Of a DNA stretch of 64,000 bases, positions 10,558 through 19,100 are shown in pieces (the stretch's first letter is position 1; each line of letters starts with the position of its first letter). The notes below the pieces were generated by a model. The model was not told the origin of the DNA, made no database searches, and saw nothing but the letters and a program-made list of their open reading frames with translations. Made by a program: the position numbers and the translations under genes. The stretch is from a virus (taxonomy: Duplodnaviria; Caudoviricetes): positions 32,001 through 96,000 of IMG/VR virus record IMGVR_UViG_3300011429_000087; one strand, 5' to 3'.

Positions 10558-12054
10558 ATGAATAAATCAATCGTACCTAATGAGCCAAGACCAACCGTAG
10601 TGGTTAGCTACAACGGGATAGATATTACTCCGGCCCCCATTTTAACATGGAATACTGAGACAACTTTCGCAGACGATGGTACTCGTCAAAGCACAAGAAC
10701 TCGGGTTACGCTAGATAGCTCTATTCTTATTCTTCCGTCTGGCTCCTATGAGCAGATGTATCAAAAGCAGCAAGACTTACGTGATCTTTTTTCAGTAGAT
10801 TATAAGGATTTCGTTATTAGGGCTGGACCAGCCAATAAAACTTTGCCAAGCGGCACGGTGATCGCTTCTGGCCTCCGTCCAAAAGTTAATTCAGTTAATA
10901 TTGAACCAGATGTACATGTCACTCGATTTGATTATACCGTAGAACTAGAAGATACTATTAGTGTTTCTGGCGTTAGTGGAACGGTTCAAACCTTCTCAAA
11001 TCAATGGAGTTTTAAGGAAAATCAAAATAGTTGTACGCTTGATATTACTCATACGGTTAGTGCAGAAGGGCTAGATTCTGACCCTGACGCCTTTGCGAAC
11101 GCTCTTTTAAGAGTTAAGTCCAATTTAGGAATTGATAAGTTACCACTGGATCTACCGTATTTTACACAGCCAAATGCGTCCGGTGGATTCGGACTATTAC
11201 ATCCGTCAAATCCTTCTGGCGGTCCAGTTTTTGAAATTTCTGTATCCAGAGAAGAATCTGCTGACATAGCGAATGGCTCTTATTCTGCTACAGAAGTATT
11301 TACAATAGTCTCTGGAGTACCGTTCTACTTTACAGAAAGATCGGCTTCATATGCCGAAAATGAAGATGGCATATCCACCGTTACATTACAAGGTAAAGTT
11401 CAGGGGCTTGGTAGAACTCTCAGTCTTGGCTATCCAGATGGTGGCGTAGGATTCGAGCGAGCCCTTTCTGGTTTCGTTAATTATGTTCGACCCCAATGGC
11501 CCTGGGATGCTTCTGGTATTTATATTAAATACAAGACTCATCCAAGTGGTCTAATTTTAGATAATCCAACATCTATTTCGATTTCTGAAAATAAATGCCA
11601 GGGAACCATCGACTTCTCTGTTACTTTCTCCGATGATAGAAAACTCAATCTTCCAAGTGGAATTGCAACATTCATATCAAGCATTTCAAGAACAGATGGT
11701 ATTAGAGTTTTTGCATCTCATCCAATTCCATTTAGACGGCTTGGACCTCTTCTACAAGACATTCGTACTACTACAGAGGGTAGTATAGCTCTTGCGTGTC
11801 AAGCCACTGCCGAATATAGTGGGGATTCTAAGACCGATACAAATCGGGCAATTGCGGCAGTACAGGACGAACTCAACAGACTTCGAAAGATACATGCGAA
11901 TTCTGCAAATTTTATTACTTTACGAATTGGAAGCGTCGAACAACAGACTAGCGATCTTGATTTAACGGTACAGGCCACAGTTACTTTTATATTTACATTG
12001 GACATTGCAGATGTTATTTCTCCGACTGCCGACATTACATTAAGGACAGTTTAA
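10558..12054 (+). CDS. Putative distal tail/baseplate protein
   Basis: Beta-rich 498-aa ORF immediately after the TMP. SG-rich. Confidence 0.55.
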   Translation: MNKSIVPNEPRPTVVVSYNGIDITPAPILTWNTETTFADDGTRQSTRTRVTLDSSILILPSGSYEQMYQKQQDLRDLFSVDYKDFVIRAGPANKTLPSGTVIASGLRPKVNSVNIEPDVHVTRFDYTVELEDTISVSGVSGTVQTFSNQWSFKENQNSCTLDITHTVSAEGLDSDPDAFANALLRVKSNLGIDKLPLDLPYFTQPNASGGFGLLHPSNPSGGPVFEISVSREESADIANGSYSATEVFTIVSGVPFYFTERSASYAENEDGISTVTLQGKVQGLGRTLSLGYPDGGVGFERALSGFVNYVRPQWPWDASGIYIKYKTHPSGLILDNPTSISISENKCQGTIDFSVTFSDDRKLNLPSGIATFISSISRTDGIRVFASHPIPFRRLGPLLQDIRTTTEGSIALACQATAEYSGDSKTDTNRAIAAVQDELNRLRKIHANSANFITLRIGSVEQQTSDLDLTVQATVTFIFTLDIADVISPTADITLRTV

Positions 12055-12611
12055 TGGTTACATACCCAGTTTTGGAATGGTTAAATCATAGTACAACTAT
12101 AGACCCGTCTGGTCATAGACATGAACATAATCCAACTTTCGGATATTTTAAGAATGTCAATACGTTGGCGGGTGGAGAATTAGATTTCGGCTCGGTCAAT
12201 ATAGCCGTCTCTGGCCAAGTCAGTGATACCATGTTAGTATTTCCGAGAGTTTCAACTCTCGGTGATGCATCTGGCATATTTAATTTGAAGACATTTTTAG
12301 TTTCTATATCTGCTTGGGGCGTTGGTACATATAGATTCCTTGAAAGAAAAACGATCCATTTTAATAATGGATTAATATTAACTCAAGCAGATACGGATAC
12401 GCCGTCAGTTGTACCGAATACACCAAACTTTAAAGGCACATTGGCCCCTAACTGGACGAATGGTCAACCACATTTATCCGGCGTCTTGGATCAAGATGCG
12501 GGTCAATATATGTATATGGCAGTGTTTGTTGGAACAGATGTACCACCAGGAACATATGGTGGGCCAGGACTTGGATCATTTAGGATGCGTTTGATGTATG
12601 ATTTTAGTTAG
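12054..12611 (+). CDS. Putative minor structural protein (paralog of 12981..13589)
   Basis: Shares P.G.RH, SVVP.TPN and DQD..Q.MYM...P.GTYG..G.G..R...YD.S with 12981..13589. Confidence 0.65.
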   Translation: MVTYPVLEWLNHSTTIDPSGHRHEHNPTFGYFKNVNTLAGGELDFGSVNIAVSGQVSDTMLVFPRVSTLGDASGIFNLKTFLVSISAWGVGTYRFLERKTIHFNNGLILTQADTDTPSVVPNTPNFKGTLAPNWTNGQPHLSGVLDQDAGQYMYMAVFVGTDVPPGTYGGPGLGSFRMRLMYDFS

Positions 12612-12622
12612 GCAAAAGTTAA

Positions 12623-12790
12623 AAAGAAGTGGCATTTGTTAAATGAACTGGCGGTTGGATTTCGGAAATTAAACAAAACAATCAACGTTTTCATCTTGGT
12701 TATTTTAAGACCGAAAAAGAGGCCGCTCTTGCATATAATATAAAAGCTAAAGAACTAGGTCTTTTAAATAGATGTTATCAAGTTCCATAA
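12623..12790 (+). pseudogene. Decayed AP2 DNA-binding domain (remnant of an HNH-AP2 homing endonuclease)
   Basis: Translates as KEVAFVK*TGGWISEIKQNNQRFHLGYFKTEKEAALAYNIKAKELG, which matches the AP2 consensus, with an in-frame TGA at 12644 and no start codon. Confidence 0.75.
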
Positions 12791-12800
12791 GGAGAGTAGT

Positions 12801-12980
12801 ATGGATGTTCAACACGAAGACATTAAATTAAGTTTAGAATCAGAAAAACCACAATTGCCAGCATGGGTCAAACCAATTAAAATAGGCGAAAAAATCTTTC
12901 TCTTTAAATGGACATTTGCTGGTTGGAAACCACTATCCGAAACCGAAGAAACAGATATTAAATTAAGATTTGGAGTATAA
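12801..12980 (+). CDS. Small hypothetical protein (59 aa, not in the ORF track)
   Basis: AAGGAG RBS. Translates as MDVQHEDIKLSLESEKPQLPAWVKPIKIGEKIFLFKWTFAGWKPLSETEETDIKLRFGV*. Stop abuts the next ATG. Confidence 0.65.
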   Translation: MDVQHEDIKLSLESEKPQLPAWVKPIKIGEKIFLFKWTFAGWKPLSETEETDIKLRFGV

Positions 12981-13589
12981 ATGGTATTACCTGGGCCGCC
13001 CATAATTGAAATTTTTGAGTATGACACGACAGAGATTGCGTCGCCAATCGGTCAGCGGCATACCGAAGGGGGAGCCTTTGCCTTTATTCAGAGGGTATCT
13101 TTCGGATGCAAGACTTATACTGGTCCCGGCACATCCGGCACTTTAATGTTCCGCGATGTTAAATTTAATCCCGCCTCCCCCGTTTCTCACATAAACTCTA
13201 GAGTAGCGGCAATGACGCTCAGGATGGCCACCAGCGGGGCTAGACTGTCCGACATGAAGGTCTTCCTCAGTCAAGGATCTGCTTTAAGTGGCTCCAGAGA
13301 CGTTGGGCTAGACCCTGCTATTATCCAGTATGCCGCTAGTGGCATTTGGCAGCCTCATCCGATTTGGCCCTCTGGAATAACTAACCGACTACTTTCCGTT
13401 GTTCCGAGCACGCCCAATTTATTTAGACAAGATGGGGATAATAAAATAGATGGTCAAGGCGACCAAGATTCTTCACAGTTTATGTATATGAATTTAATTG
13501 TACCTTTTGGCTATCCTTTAGGTACTTATGGCGTATGCGGTTCTGGACTATTAAGAATCGGAATCGTATATGATTATAGTTTTGATTAG
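12981..13589 (+). CDS. Putative minor structural protein (paralog of 12054..12611)
   Basis: GGAG RBS. Motif sharing as for 12054..12611. Six SG motifs in 202 aa. Confidence 0.65.
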   Translation: MVLPGPPIIEIFEYDTTEIASPIGQRHTEGGAFAFIQRVSFGCKTYTGPGTSGTLMFRDVKFNPASPVSHINSRVAAMTLRMATSGARLSDMKVFLSQGSALSGSRDVGLDPAIIQYAASGIWQPHPIWPSGITNRLLSVVPSTPNLFRQDGDNKIDGQGDQDSSQFMYMNLIVPFGYPLGTYGVCGSGLLRIGIVYDYSFD

Positions 13590-13600
13590 TGTATTAAATT
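13586..13600 (+). promoter_or_regulatory. Candidate late promoter motif TTAGTGTATTAAATT (copy 2)
   Basis: Exact repeat overlapping the TAG stop at 13587-13589. Followed by the hairpin GATGACC/GGTCATC (13601-13620). Confidence 0.65.
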
Positions 13601-13639
13601 GATGACCGATCGTGGTCATCTTTTCAAAGGGAGATTAAA

Positions 13640-13825
13640 ATGGCAACGAAGAATTTTACAAGTTCAGCTAACCGAGCGAACGTGATCCTATGGAGTCATT
13701 CAACCAAGATTGAAACTCACACCGACCGTAAGACAAGTGCTCACGCATCGCACGCTGAAATTGCAGCAATCAATAACCTTGGTGTTGGTGTAACCGCGAC
13801 GAATCCATTTACTATTCTAGCATAA
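13640..13825 (+). CDS. Small 61-aa protein in its own transcription unit
   Basis: AAGGGAG RBS, promoter motif upstream, tandem TAATAA stop and a downstream hairpin. Confidence 0.7.
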   Translation: MATKNFTSSANRANVILWSHSTKIETHTDRKTSAHASHAEIAAINNLGVGVTATNPFTILA

Positions 13826-13860
13826 TAAGCTAGTTTAGTATCTTAAATAGTCTGTCCTTT

Positions 13861-13890
13861 GGGCCCGCACTCTATGCAGGGTGCGGGCCT
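13861..13890 (+). terminator. Terminator-like hairpin
   Basis: 13-bp stem GGGCCCGCACTCT-ATGC-AGGGTGCGGGCCT. The U-tract is weak. Confidence 0.6.
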
Positions 13891-13957
13891 AATTCTATTA
13901 GTGTAATTTTGTAATGGGCGTGGCACTTTGTCTAGCCCGGGTGATAGGGACAGTAAA

Positions 13958-14431
13958 ATGGCTAGTTACATCTTCGAACACGAAGGGAATCGTGGTTTAT
14001 TAAAACTAACGACCCATAATGGCAAAGATATTTTAATTGAATGCCATAAGAACGACCACCAGATTTTTAAAATCGGTGGTACTGCCGCAGATGCCGTTTT
14101 AACTTTTCCAGGACTTATCCTCGGTATCTCTGAGGACCGTCAGTCCGCTACGCTACAAAGTAGTCAAAATACATCCATGTTATTTGATGGTAAATTATAT
14201 GACCCAAATCTAGTCATGGGTGATATGGCTTTTGCTATTGAATACTATGATGTTAATATGGAGGGCAAGCCCCCCTCTTGGTTAATTGTCCCCGCACCAA
14301 TCGAGCAATCTCGTATTCTGTTCATTAATATTGAATGCGTCGATGCCGGTCATAATTTATCTAGACGTTATCGTGTTAGTCCATTTACTGGCGAATGCCG
14401 TATGATGGAGTTTAATAATGGCACTGAATAA
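13958..14431 (+). CDS. Hypothetical protein
   Basis: ATG 13958 preferred over TTG 13928. Overlaps the start of the next gene. Preceded by a degenerate motif copy TTAGTGTAATTTT (13898-13910). Confidence 0.65.
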   Translation: MASYIFEHEGNRGLLKLTTHNGKDILIECHKNDHQIFKIGGTAADAVLTFPGLILGISEDRQSATLQSSQNTSMLFDGKLYDPNLVMGDMAFAIEYYDVNMEGKPPSWLIVPAPIEQSRILFINIECVDAGHNLSRRYRVSPFTGECRMMEFNNGTE

Positions 14432-17400
14432 CGACCCACACCTACAAATCTTCAGCCCATTTAATGAAGCGAGTGGTGCTCCTTTATGGAAGAATTATGC
14501 CCCTTCATATTGGAATGGTCGTGGCAGTGGTATTAGTTTTGATTGGCACGCTCAAATTACAAATGCCGATACCACAGAGCCACAGTCTTGTTGGCCTGGA
14601 GCAGATGCTATATTTATGCCGGAGTCTGGCACCACGCATCGTGGATATCGTGTTCAAGGAACATCCGATATTCAGGCTGCCGCAAATAATACTGCCGCTA
14701 AAAAAGCTCTCGTTATTGGCGGCGGAGCATTTCAGGCAAGACAGATTCTTAATACGCCTCCAGTTGCACAAAGTGGATTTACGCTTGGATTTTGGGTTAG
14801 TCCTCAATCAAATGGTTATATCAAAGAGCAGGGCGGAACATTAGAAACGTTATCTCGTACTAATGCTATCTTTTCTAAAGGGGCTACTAATGATGCCTTG
14901 TATGTAGGCGTATCGGGTGCGATGCATCAAGGGGCTCAATTTGATCAAGATATTTTTGCTTCCGGCTTACAAGCATTCGTCACTGTTATATCGGCCAGTT
15001 TACCCGGCACAAGATTAAGTACGCCTATTGAATCAGGTGCCTACACTCATATAACTATGAGCTATAGATTTACGGCTGCCAATAGTGCGGCGGTTGCATT
15101 ATATAAAAATGGTAGACTTGCTGCCAGCGGCACGAACGTCGCAAACCAACTAAGTGCTGTTAACGCTCAGTTCAACGATAGACCATTAACTATAGGCGGA
15201 TCTATTATTACTAATGCGGCGGGCACAGATCGTTATGAAGACGCGACAGGATTCGGACATCTTATTTCTGGAGTTTACGCTTATGATCGTGTGCTCCATG
15301 AAGGAGAAATCTTACAACTCCATAATCAGGGCGGTTTACAAGTAGACTCCACATTAGTTTATCCACTTTATCAAGCCGTACCGATTACAGATACTTCAAT
15401 AGTTACTTATGCTCCGTTTATTAGTCCGGGCTATATTGATGCGAGTAGACATCACTTAAATCTATTTAGCAGCCAGGACGAAGGAGCGGTTGGTGCTTAT
15501 ATTATCTGTCCAGGTCCGTTCGGACGAGCAATGCCATTTAATGATACTACAAATGCTATTGATATGGCAATCGCTACACCAAGTGGTACATTAGTTGAGC
15601 TTCTATATGGCGGCAATGGTAGTTTTACAATTGCCGGTTGGTTCGCAATGGATAGTGCGGCAGGGGTCACTTCTACCACATACGACACGACAACTCTGTT
15701 CTCCTTTGGATCAATCGGAGCCACTGGGGAATTTGCTCCAGCTCGTCAAACTGGCGGATTTCAAGTATCCGCCTCTGGTGCTGCCAATAACGTTAGAATT
15801 TCGGCCAGATTATACGATGGCGGATTAGTAACAGTAGCAAATACTAAAGTTCTGACACATCCAGAGGTTGACTTATTTCTCTCCATGTTCCGCCATGTTG
15901 CTCTGACATATGATGAACAGACGTTTGGAATCGCATTATATGTAGATGGATTATTGGCTCAAAGTGGGACGATGCCAAATTCAATGCTTGCCCAAATGAG
16001 AAGACTTGCTGGAAGTGGATATCCACTCACGTTCCTTAATGGCGTACCAAACGAAACGACAGACGTTTTTAGTAATAACGCCGGAGACGACTGTGCTGTC
16101 GGTGAAATATTTATTGCTAATCGTCCACTTTTACCAGCAGAAATCAGATATATTGCCGAGAGTGGTATTAATATTAGTCCGCTTTATTATTCAGTTAATG
16201 ATCCTAGATTAAGAGGATATTGGGATTGTACCGGATCTGGTACAAACGACATGATTGTGCCAGACACGTGCCTTATTTTCTCAAGCGGCGGTATTCCGGG
16301 ACATCTTACGCAGATAGTGGGCGATCTTATTTGGGATATAGTAGAAACCTCTTTTAATAAAACACAGCTTGCGAGAATAGATAGAATAAGTCAATCAAGA
16401 CATCCAGATCGAGGCATTACGTCTGGCACTTGGACCGTGATGGGTGCCTCCGATGGTATCCCACATACCGCAAGCACAACTGGCGAATGGAGTAGAACTT
16501 CGTCTACTGACTATTGCCAACGATATAGGATGTATTCGGACGAACGCGATATTCGTGCTCCCGCACATATTAATGAATATATCATTGGATATAATGTGAC
16601 GCCAAGCGGAATTATTCCACCAAATCCGCTTGGAATTGCTGGTCGTGAAACCAATTCTTTGTTAACATACTTTGGCGAGCCATCCGCAACAGATGCGTTT
16701 TGTTCATATCTAACTACCGACGCCGCTTCTGGATTATTAATCGTATTTCAAACAAATGACGGCACAACATTATTTGCACCTTTAGCCTCTGGAGTGATTC
16801 CATTCGGTGTGCAAAGCCGAATTATGTTCCATGCCAAACCAATGTTGCCATTCAATAATGATACTGTCACTCCAATTGAGGTTACGCTTTATGTGAATGG
16901 CAACCCAATTCAAAGATCAGCTTTTGCCAGTAATGCCGCTGCCGGGCCCGCCGCGAGACTATACGATTTAGACGCTAATGGTGCGTCCGATAACTGGACC
17001 CTACAAATCGGCGGTCGAGCCAGCCAAGACAGTTTTGGTTCTCAATCAACAGCTCAGGACGGTCTTGGCGAAATATATATGAATGGCATTTTCGTCATGG
17101 TGGGTTCATTTAGTAGTAATGACCTTCTAAGATTGGCAGCTTCCGGTATTAATTCTAGCAAGACAATTGCTAATTATCCAAATAGTTTAAATACTTCTAC
17201 AGTAACTATTGCGGATAGTGCCCTTCAGGGATATTGGAGATTTAGTGGGCCAGATGCAGGATCGGGAATCACTGATTTAAGTGCAAAAGCAAATCATCTT
17301 AACGCCGTAGCTCGATCAATAGGTCCAGGAGTTAACTCTGCCTTTTTACTTAGATATCTGCCTCTCGGATTCGTTCACGCATCAATTCCGACACAGGCAA

Positions 17401-19100
17401 GCGGTATTACATATGTTGCCGGTGCTCTCGGCATTGCTTCTCCTCCGCCATTTGCTATTTCTGGTACTATGTTTCAAATACCGCAAAGTGGATTTTCGGT
17501 AGGATTTTGGGTTGCTCCAAGAGAGAACGTTGCCGCTGCCGATGCCGTAACATTGTTATCATATGGTATCGTTCCAAGTAGCGTCACAAGTATAGTATTT
17601 ACCGATTCGTCTTGGGCAATTGAGATAGATGATGATAATAATATTACCATGCTATTATCTCAAGATGGAAAGATGAAGTTATCAAATGCTGCTACTCCAT
17701 CCGCATCACAAACAAGATGTTCCATATTAAGAACTGCAATTTCAGATCCGGGACCAGATATAGAAATCTTTAGAAGAGGCTTTTTTAATCCGGGCCATAT
17801 AGATGGACTAGAACATATTGTATTTACTTATCAGCATTCGGAAGATCCTAGTATCAGTGGAATTATTAAAGGATATTTAAACGGCGAAAAAGTTGCCGCA
17901 ATGACCGTACCTGCCAGTGGATTCCATCAGCCGCTTGCACAAGAAACAAGATTTATTAGTTTTATGATTCCCCAGACCGGGATTTGGGCGTTCGGAACTG
18001 CACGCGGTGCCTTAAATAGTATTATGAGTGACGTATTTTATTTCTCTCGTCCGATTGGGGAGGAAGAAGTAAGATTTATTACATTTAATGGCATTAGTTC
18101 TCCAACAACCACAGTAGGATCTGGAGCAATCGGAGGTTATATCCAAGGACTGGCTGGTGCTGATGGAAGTATAGGTGGTTATATAGTCGGCATAGATACC
18201 GTTTCTGGAGTAATCGGTGGATATATGCCGGGGGCATTTGCTAGCTCCGGTGCCATTGGAGGATATGTTTCTTCAATTGGTATTCCTTCTGGAATAATCG
18301 GCGGATACATGAGATCCAATGTTGGTGCGTCTGGTATGATCGGTGGTTATATAGCAAGTAAAATAACTTCTTCTGGAGTAATTGGCGGATGGCAGCGTGG
18401 TGCAATTAGAAACGTATTCTATTTCGACGCAGCATTCGCTGTAGAGTTTTTTGCAAATGCGGACTTTGATGCTAAGTTTAGAGTCAATCAGACTAATAGT
18501 GCCGACTTCGATGCTAAACTAGTTGTATTTCAGGCGGAACAGCCACCAGATATTGATATTATTGTACCAAGTACGACATCGACTGGTACGGCAATTCCTT
18601 GGAACCAGTATTTTATAGGTAGTGGTAGGGCGGTTCAAGGCAAGAGCATCGTCCAAGCAAAATTCTCATTCAGTGACTTTACAGCACCAGTGACAGTTGC
18701 TGAAAGTGGTAATAATTTATATCCAATATCTCACACATTTGCACAGAGCGGATTATATGTTGTTAGATTCTCTGTGATTGACTCGAACGGTCAACATAGT
18801 TCTGCGACACGCATTATTGATTTATCTAGTGGCGTATCACCAGTTAATATTGCTTTATCAGGATTCCCGACCGCCGGATTAGCACCGTTACCAGTTGACT
18901 TTAATCAGATAGTAATATCTGTACCAAATAATGTGGCAATCATTGCTCAATTACTTAGTTTTGATGATGGACAAGAGAGTATAATTAATAATCCAAACCA
19001 TATCTACACAGAACCGGGTATCTATAGACCCATCTGGATCATTAGAGATTCCAGAGGAGTAATATGGAGCGATAGTTTGGTGGCCGGAGTAAATAACTAA
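14418..19100 (+). CDS. Large tail fibre/adhesin: ~4 LamG (ConA-like) domains, 14-aa repeat stalk, 2 C-terminal PKD domains
   Basis: LamG hallmarks (FTLGFWV, HITMSY/HVALTY/HIVFTY, LYKNG/LYVDG/YLNG, YDRVLHEGEI, GYWRF). PKD hallmarks (SHTFAQSGLYVVRF, GLAPLPVDF..FDDG..NPNHIYTEPGIY). Confidence 0.8.
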   Translation: MALNNDPHLQIFSPFNEASGAPLWKNYAPSYWNGRGSGISFDWHAQITNADTTEPQSCWPGADAIFMPESGTTHRGYRVQGTSDIQAAANNTAAKKALVIGGGAFQARQILNTPPVAQSGFTLGFWVSPQSNGYIKEQGGTLETLSRTNAIFSKGATNDALYVGVSGAMHQGAQFDQDIFASGLQAFVTVISASLPGTRLSTPIESGAYTHITMSYRFTAANSAAVALYKNGRLAASGTNVANQLSAVNAQFNDRPLTIGGSIITNAAGTDRYEDATGFGHLISGVYAYDRVLHEGEILQLHNQGGLQVDSTLVYPLYQAVPITDTSIVTYAPFISPGYIDASRHHLNLFSSQDEGAVGAYIICPGPFGRAMPFNDTTNAIDMAIATPSGTLVELLYGGNGSFTIAGWFAMDSAAGVTSTTYDTTTLFSFGSIGATGEFAPARQTGGFQVSASGAANNVRISARLYDGGLVTVANTKVLTHPEVDLFLSMFRHVALTYDEQTFGIALYVDGLLAQSGTMPNSMLAQMRRLAGSGYPLTFLNGVPNETTDVFSNNAGDDCAVGEIFIANRPLLPAEIRYIAESGINISPLYYSVNDPRLRGYWDCTGSGTNDMIVPDTCLIFSSGGIPGHLTQIVGDLIWDIVETSFNKTQLARIDRISQSRHPDRGITSGTWTVMGASDGIPHTASTTGEWSRTSSTDYCQRYRMYSDERDIRAPAHINEYIIGYNVTPSGIIPPNPLGIAGRETNSLLTYFGEPSATDAFCSYLTTDAASGLLIVFQTNDGTTLFAPLASGVIPFGVQSRIMFHAKPMLPFNNDTVTPIEVTLYVNGNPIQRSAFASNAAAGPAARLYDLDANGASDNWTLQIGGRASQDSFGSQSTAQDGLGEIYMNGIFVMVGSFSSNDLLRLAASGINSSKTIANYPNSLNTSTVTIADSALQGYWRFSGPDAGSGITDLSAKANHLNAVARSIGPGVNSAFLLRYLPLGFVHASIPTQASGITYVAGALGIASPPPFAISGTMFQIPQSGFSVGFWVAPRENVAAADAVTLLSYGIVPSSVTSIVFTDSSWAIEIDDDNNITMLLSQDGKMKLSNAATPSASQTRCSILRTAISDPGPDIEIFRRGFFNPGHIDGLEHIVFTYQHSEDPSISGIIKGYLNGEKVAAMTVPASGFHQPLAQETRFISFMIPQTGIWAFGTARGALNSIMSDVFYFSRPIGEEEVRFITFNGISSPTTTVGSGAIGGYIQGLAGADGSIGGYIVGIDTVSGVIGGYMPGAFASSGAIGGYVSSIGIPSGIIGGYMRSNVGASGMIGGYIASKITSSGVIGGWQRGAIRNVFYFDAAFAVEFFANADFDAKFRVNQTNSADFDAKLVVFQAEQPPDIDIIVPSTTSTGTAIPWNQYFIGSGRAVQGKSIVQAKFSFSDFTAPVTVAESGNNLYPISHTFAQSGLYVVRFSVIDSNGQHSSATRIIDLSSGVSPVNIALSGFPTAGLAPLPVDFNQIVISVPNNVAIIAQLLSFDDGQESIINNPNHIYTEPGIYRPIWIIRDSRGVIWSDSLVAGVNN
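18120..18392 (+). repeat. Seven 42-nt (14-aa) degenerate tandem repeats, consensus SG[AVIM]IGGY
   Basis: SGAIGGY, DGSIGGY, SGVIGGY, SGAIGGY, SGIIGGY, SGMIGGY, SGVIGGW at exact 14-aa spacing. The periodicity continues as FDAA/ADFDAK to ~18520. Confidence 0.9.

Noticed and set aside
18120-18392. Diversity-generating retroelement TR/VR pair or DNA-level repeat array
   Set aside because: The repeats are conserved at protein level with synonymous divergence, there is no adenine-specific pattern, and no reverse transcriptase is in the window.
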